A DNA stretch of 64,000 nucleotides from positions 51,473-115,472 of the IMG/VR virus record IMGVR_UViG_3300017917_003446; one strand, written 5' to 3'. Numbering within the stretch: position 1 is the stretch's first letter; every line of letters begins with the position of its first letter. This DNA is from a virus. The position numbers and the translations under genes were made by a program. Positions 59,072-64,000 of the stretch are shown piece by piece. The notes beneath the pieces are model-generated. The model had not been told where the DNA came from and did no database searches. It saw nothing but the letters and a program-made list of their open reading frames with translations.

Positions 59072-59589
59072 GGTGCCCACATCCACAATGCCTGGCTAAC
59101 TATTAAAGCACCAGCTGCGCCTACAACAGTACTTACGTAGAACATAGGCATACTGGCGGCTAAAATACTAGCTGTTAGTAAGACGATAGCTATTTGTAAT
59201 ATACTACCACCCCAAGTAAACCATGGACTACGCTTTTTAGCTTCATCACGTTCTGCTTCTAATGCCTTAGCCTTTTCCATAATCTCTTTTTTGTCGTCAC
59301 TCATACGCTTTGCTTCAGCTTCAAATTTTTCTTTGTTTGCAGGAATCTGTGATTCTGCAGCATTTATTTCATAAAGTACACCGCGTACATTTTTTGCCTG
59401 ATACCAAGCCCACATATTGTTAGCTTGTATAGTATTATTTTGTATTTTGCTACTATTGGAACCACCTATCATAGTATTAATGGCCAATAGAGCAGCAAGA
59501 AATACAATTACAAATCCAGCTTTATCTTTAATCTTAGCTTCGCGTTCACTACGTGTTAAAGGTTTTACTTCAGGTTTAGTATCTGACAT
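59059..59589 (-). CDS. DUF4337-like membrane protein
   Basis: A.LLAI...GG, ANNMWAWYQAKN, A..LEAERD, LQIAIVL..ASIL. Confidence 0.7.
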   Translation of the reverse strand: MSDTKPEVKPLTRSEREAKIKDKAGFVIVFLAALLAINTMIGGSNSSKIQNNTIQANNMWAWYQAKNVRGVLYEINAAESQIPANKEKFEAEAKRMSDDKKEIMEKAKALEAERDEAKKRSPWFTWGGSILQIAIVLLTASILAASMPMFYVSTVVGAAGALIVSQALWMWAPWLG

Positions 59590-59599
59590 ATTATTCTCC

Positions 59600-60253
59600 T
59601 CATTTATTTGCCAGTGGATTATCTAATGCCTTCTTCAAATCTTCCGAAATCTTTTTATCGAGTGCTTTCATACGACTATCAATCTCTTTATTGTTAGCAG
59701 CAATAGCCTTAGTATTCTCTGCCGCCATTCGATTCATTTCCTTGGTAGCAGCATTCATGCTAGCATCAGCAGATTTTTGTATATTTCTTACTTCAGTTTT
59801 TACTTCTGCTACGGTTCTGTCGATTTCTCTTTGTTGAGTTTTATTACTTCTCTCAACTTCTTCTACTGTCTTTTCAATACGACGAATATCATTCTTCAAA
59901 TCATTTTTAATATCGCGAGTATATTCAGCAGTTTTGTCTGATCCTTCTTGTACTGCCTTTGCTGTTTTAGCTGAGTTTTCTTCTATAACTGCTAGACGTT
60001 TATCAAACTCTGAAAAATCTGGCGCTACATATTCTGCGATTTTCTTTTTCATTCCCATATAATCTTTGTATACCTCAAAGACTCCATACAATCCACCTAA
60101 TGTGCTACTAATTAATGTAGCAGCTACCATTAATTTTGCCGGAGTAAATTCATAACCACCTATACTGATTACAGTATCTTTACTAGCATACTTCTTCATA
60201 GCCGCTTCGGCATCATCTATTTTCTTATTTATATCTACCTTTTCTTCTGACAT
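59600..60253 (-). CDS. membrane-anchored coiled-coil protein
   Basis: One TM (LMVAATLISSTLGGLYGVF), long heptads, C-terminal ALDNPLA. Confidence 0.6.
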   Translation of the reverse strand: MSEEKVDINKKIDDAEAAMKKYASKDTVISIGGYEFTPAKLMVAATLISSTLGGLYGVFEVYKDYMGMKKKIAEYVAPDFSEFDKRLAVIEENSAKTAKAVQEGSDKTAEYTRDIKNDLKNDIRRIEKTVEEVERSNKTQQREIDRTVAEVKTEVRNIQKSADASMNAATKEMNRMAAENTKAIAANNKEIDSRMKALDKKISEDLKKALDNPLANK

Positions 60254-60262
60254 TTATTTTCC

Positions 60263-60430
60263 TTAATGTTTGTCGTGAATCTACTCAATAACAATTCTTG
60301 CATCAACATCAATTCGTTATCATTTATCAGTTAAAAATTTTTTAACTAAAAACGTTGAAGTAGTAACAAAATAAGCTACAGTTGCTATACAAAAGTAAAT
60401 AGTGACATATCTTAATCTGAGGTAGTTTAT
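60263..60430 (-). pseudogene. degraded small secreted/membrane protein gene
   Basis: GGAGA RBS then ATA start; frame INYLRLRYVTIYFCIATVAYFVTTSTFLVKKFLTDK**RIDVDARIVIE*IHDKH* ends exactly at the next RBS. Confidence 0.5.
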
Positions 60431-60432
60431 TA

Positions 60433-63045
60433 TTATCTCCTGTATTGCAAATCTATCATTTCTTGATGTAATCTATCACTTGCCAATTGTCTTAATGCTC
60501 TGGCATTATCTACATTACGCTGATTTCTATATATTTCTTTTGGTGCGTAGAAATTTGCATCAGTTAAAGCTACCATATAAGTATTGAAACCAACAGGAGT
60601 CCTAGCGATAGAAGCAATAGAAACTCCAGCGGCTGCATCGTTGTCCTGAACATTTGATTTAACCTGTTGTGTGTTTGTGTTGTTGCGGTCCGCTTCGGGC
60701 ATAACCGGTTTAGCTTCAATAATATCGTTGATTGGGTTAGTCCTGTCACTTATAAAATTCATCTGTTGCTGTGGTATGTCAACGGTTACTACGGGAGCTA
60801 TTGTAGCTGTTTGAATTGTGGTCTGTGGAATACTTGTTACGACTTGTTGGGGTTGTAGTATGGCTATTTGATTGTTATTGGTATTTACAGCCTGCTCCAT
60901 GATCTGATTAGAATCTGATGAACGTGTTTCAAAGGTTTGTGCTTGTACAGGTGGAGTGTAGGGCGTTGCTGTTGGCTGTGTCACTGCTGAAAATACTGGT
61001 GGCTGTAGCGGATTAAACATCTGAACTGGTTGTACTGTAGTAGTTGCCATGGCATTAAATTGAACTACGGCACTGGTACTGGTCGATGCTGTAGATTGTT
61101 GCTGGGGCATATCGACTATAGTTTGACCCGGAGTAGATCTTTGTTGTATGGCCATGTTTACTACACTGGTGCTGCCTGGTGTAGGACCCATGTTAAAAGT
61201 TTGTTCTCTATTACTAGACACTATACTTTCGGTTCCAGTTACTTGCTGTTGAGTCTGTGCAGTTTGTTGACTTCGATTAACAGCATCCAGGGCAACAGCT
61301 TCGGCTTGTCTGATGCTAGCAGTTGCTGCTATGCTAGCAGTTTGCATGGCATTTTGACTGGCAGTTGAAGCTATGGCAGTTTCTCTTTGTTGATTTTGTC
61401 TGATTAGATTAAGAGCCATGCTAGTCGAATCCGAAGTAGATTCTACTCGAACAGTTGCTCTTGGTGCAGCATCTCTAGATTCCTGTCTTGGTGTTTCTTG
61501 TCTTAGTTCTTCTCTGGGTACTGGTGCGCCAGCCACACTAGTTGTCTGTGGAGGAGGCGGCGGTGGTCTACTAGAAGTCGAATCTTCAGGCGGAGGTTTA
61601 TCTGGAGGTGGAGGGTTAGTATTTACTGTTATACTAGGATTAGTTGTGTTGGCATCATTTATGGTTGTTGTTACAGTGCCCCCTGGAGTAGTTGCTGTGC
61701 TGGTTACGGATGCTATTGTGCTGGACAATGCAGCTTCCTGCCTATCCTGTTCCAGAGCAGCTAATCTTTTTATCTCATCATTGTAATTGCTGCAATTTTT
61801 ACTGTACAGCGGTTGATCATAGCAGGGGTCAGGAGTCCATATGGGTCTGGTATATGCTGAAAATCCCATGTTGTCACCATAACCACCATATATGTTCCAG
61901 GAAACATATCCCATGTTTAAACTGTTCTGGGTTTCAGTAAATATAACTCTACCGCTTCTGGAACCACCGCTATAATTGCCTTCGACCCACCAGGTATCGC
62001 TAAAAAGACTAGATCCATTTTTATCAGTAATGTTTAAAGTTACATTCCTGCCATTGGCTCCACTACTAGATGTACACCAAAACAAAAAAGTGTTAGTACA
62101 ATAATCTCCAGCATAATAACCAAAGCCATAGTCGAATCCATGCAACTGTACACCTCCACCTATGTGTGGCAATTTTTGTGCTATGTTATATCCGAACCAA
62201 ATCAAAGGACTTTGACCGTTCTGAAGAATATTATTGAATCCCGGACAACTAGGATTGAAAGCAGGATTTAGAATGCAAGGATCAACACTATAGGTTGCTC
62301 TAACATATGCATCTTTTACCTGAGGTCCATAACAACTGTTAGGAGCTCCAGCATTAGGTAAACAGGCCCAAAATCCTGCATCCATTCCATAGATGCCCAT
62401 GTTTACTGAACCAGCTTGAGCCAAAGGTTTTGCTCCGGCAAAGGTAACAGTTTCTGCAAGTGTTTGCCAGTTAGGATTATAAGCAGGATTACCGTCGTTA
62501 ATATTTTTTAAACCTAGCTGATGCGTATAAAAAGTAGCAGCACCTGAAGATGGATAATAACCTACCTCTACTCTTAGTGTATCTTGAGGTCCACTTAAGT
62601 TTTCACAACTACCGCCTATACTATTAGCGCAGGGGAAACGATATTTTACACCGTAGATGAATCCTGTGACAAATACTGCACTGGTATTCTGATATCCATG
62701 AACTATATTACTAAGATTAATACCCGCAACACCCATTTCTTCACCAAGATAACTAAAAGTATAACCATTGCTTGGATCAAAACTACCCTGTGGGCTACCA
62801 TAAGGAGACCAATTGCCTGCTGATCCGGTAGTGCTAGTCCAACCGTTATTGGTTTTTAGACTACTATCATAAGGTATCAAATTACCTGAAATGGAGTCAA
62901 TGCTATACCCGCTAGGAGTATTCACAGAGCCCGACACAACCTGAGCATAAGCACTGCCTACAAGTAAAACCAAGGCAATGAATATGGCTATGCCAAAGCC
63001 CTTGGTCCACTTATAGTTAAAATGCTTGTGATTAAATTCTTCCAT
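60433..63045 (-). CDS. large secreted/extracytoplasmic protein
   Basis: Signal peptide (..LVLLVGSAYA-Q), two Gly/aromatic beta-rich domains each ending DPC..P...C, Pro-rich and Q/T-rich linkers. Confidence 0.7.
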   Translation of the reverse strand: MEEFNHKHFNYKWTKGFGIAIFIALVLLVGSAYAQVVSGSVNTPSGYSIDSISGNLIPYDSSLKTNNGWTSTTGSAGNWSPYGSPQGSFDPSNGYTFSYLGEEMGVAGINLSNIVHGYQNTSAVFVTGFIYGVKYRFPCANSIGGSCENLSGPQDTLRVEVGYYPSSGAATFYTHQLGLKNINDGNPAYNPNWQTLAETVTFAGAKPLAQAGSVNMGIYGMDAGFWACLPNAGAPNSCYGPQVKDAYVRATYSVDPCILNPAFNPSCPGFNNILQNGQSPLIWFGYNIAQKLPHIGGGVQLHGFDYGFGYYAGDYCTNTFLFWCTSSSGANGRNVTLNITDKNGSSLFSDTWWVEGNYSGGSRSGRVIFTETQNSLNMGYVSWNIYGGYGDNMGFSAYTRPIWTPDPCYDQPLYSKNCSNYNDEIKRLAALEQDRQEAALSSTIASVTSTATTPGGTVTTTINDANTTNPSITVNTNPPPPDKPPPEDSTSSRPPPPPPQTTSVAGAPVPREELRQETPRQESRDAAPRATVRVESTSDSTSMALNLIRQNQQRETAIASTASQNAMQTASIAATASIRQAEAVALDAVNRSQQTAQTQQQVTGTESIVSSNREQTFNMGPTPGSTSVVNMAIQQRSTPGQTIVDMPQQQSTASTSTSAVVQFNAMATTTVQPVQMFNPLQPPVFSAVTQPTATPYTPPVQAQTFETRSSDSNQIMEQAVNTNNNQIAILQPQQVVTSIPQTTIQTATIAPVVTVDIPQQQMNFISDRTNPINDIIEAKPVMPEADRNNTNTQQVKSNVQDNDAAAGVSIASIARTPVGFNTYMVALTDANFYAPKEIYRNQRNVDNARALRQLASDRLHQEMIDLQYRR

Positions 63046-63999
63046 TTAACCTTCTTTGACTGGCTTAGGCATTTTGTCTGGATTCTTTAACCAGGCTTCT
63101 TTGGCTTGCTCGCCTATCATGCCTTCGTATGGGCAGGGAGTACCAGCCTGCATCATGGCATCGAATACTCTACGATCCTGACACATGGTAGCAACTGCAG
63201 CAACCTTCATGCCCATGTCATATAATGTCTTGCTTAGTTTCAATCGTTCGCAATTCATGTCCCTTTGTGTACCACCTAAGGCAAAACCTAAGAATTGAGT
63301 CTGTGCTGCACCTGATACACCTGTAGTACAAAGGTCTGGACTACCACCAGACATCATGGCAGGAGCTATGGCAGTAGGCGGAGGCTGTATGACTCGTTGA
63401 GTAATCTCTGTCTGATTAATATTGCGATTTGTCATATCACCTGTTTGCACGTTCTGATTAATGGCTGTGCTGGTGCTTTGATTTACATTAGTGTTTACAG
63501 TAGTGGCAGTTGTTGTGTTGATATTTCTGTTAGTCATATCACCAGTTTGTACATTGTTGTTATTATTTGTAGTTGTGGCGGTTGTTGTATTGATATTTCT
63601 ATTGGTCATATCACCAGTTTGTACATTGTTGTTGGTGTTAGTATTATTAGTAACACCCACACTGCTATTGTTATTGTTGTAAGTCATAGTCCCTGTGTTT
63701 ACATTATTATTGGTGCTAACACTTGTTGATGTACTAATATTAGTATTCTTATTGTCACTAACACTGGTACTTGTGTTAATGTTACGATTTGTCATGTCAC
63801 CAACATTAATATTTGTATTCTTATTTTCACTAGTAGATATATTGTTGTTATTGTAGGTTACTGATCCAGACATAATGTTGCGATTAGTATTATCCGATGT
63901 ACTGGTGCTTTGATTGATGTTGGTTATTTGTCCAGACTGAATATTTTGATTTACATTAGTACTTGTGTTAGTACTTGTACTGGCATTATTATTGTTGTA
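63046..63999 (-). CDS. Asn/Thr-repeat protein with Cys-rich C-terminal domain (5' partial)
   Basis: Frame is open to the window edge; GDMTNRNIN repeats; PPPTAIAP...DLCTTG...CERLK...MCQD...GTPCP. Confidence 0.75.
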   Translation of the reverse strand, partial: YNNNNASTSTNTSTNVNQNIQSGQITNINQSTSTSDNTNRNIMSGSVTYNNNNISTSENKNTNINVGDMTNRNINTSTSVSDNKNTNISTSTSVSTNNNVNTGTMTYNNNNSSVGVTNNTNTNNNVQTGDMTNRNINTTTATTTNNNNNVQTGDMTNRNINTTTATTVNTNVNQSTSTAINQNVQTGDMTNRNINQTEITQRVIQPPPTAIAPAMMSGGSPDLCTTGVSGAAQTQFLGFALGGTQRDMNCERLKLSKTLYDMGMKVAAVATMCQDRRVFDAMMQAGTPCPYEGMIGEQAKEAWLKNPDKMPKPVKEG

Positions 64000-64000
64000 G

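Noticed and set aside
60263-60430. Stop-codon reassignment or readthrough
   Set aside because: All three stop types interrupt this frame, and conserved genes elsewhere end normally at TAG (e.g. 1907, 11441, 20391), TGA and TAA.
732-63729. Numerous 60-123 aa antisense or alternate-frame ORFs in the track (e.g. 8744-9091, 20518-20889, 44462-44830, 61418-61786)
   Set aside because: Shadows of well-supported genes, with no recognisable motifs.
1-64000. CRISPR array, integrase, transposase, intron/intein or homing endonuclease
   Set aside because: No repeat-spacer array or such ORFs seen; gp17, gp20, gp23, UvsW, gp46 and gp44 are uninterrupted and of normal length.

Overview
A 64-kb segment of a large, AT-rich, lytic T4-like myophage that resembles aquatic cyanophage/pelagiphage-type T4-likes and uses the standard genetic code. 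1-19.4 kb: neck, tail, packaging and head module (gp13-gp23, gp3) driven by TATAAATA late promoters, then uvsY/uvsW. 19.8-30.5 kb: gp55, then a 7-deazaguanine DNA-modification cluster (queE, folE, GT-B glycosyltransferase, dpdA-like transglycosylase, DpdL-like T-fold protein, second GT-B, GalE-like epimerase, queD; no queC), then gp47/gp46. 30.5-58.4 kb: peptide deformylase, a VWA/MoxR-AAA (CobT/CobS-like) pair, sugar island 1 (fcl, GT10 and others), gp45/44/62/regA/hsp20, sugar island 2 (B12 radical SAM, TPP E1 alpha/beta, HddA, ColD-like), and an atypical initiator-like tRNA-Met. 58.5-64 kb: a convergent minus-strand operon of membrane/secreted proteins. The best candidate for an undescribed system is the deazaguanine cluster. 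It occupies the slot of T4 alpha-glucosyltransferase, its transglycosylase and adjacent glycosyltransferase end in the identical clamp-binding-like peptide SLEDLFA, and a preQ1-riboswitch-like pseudoknot precedes queD. Together these suggest a replication-coupled, sugar-decorated 7-deazaguanine base. All calls come from motif recognition by eye; no searches were run.
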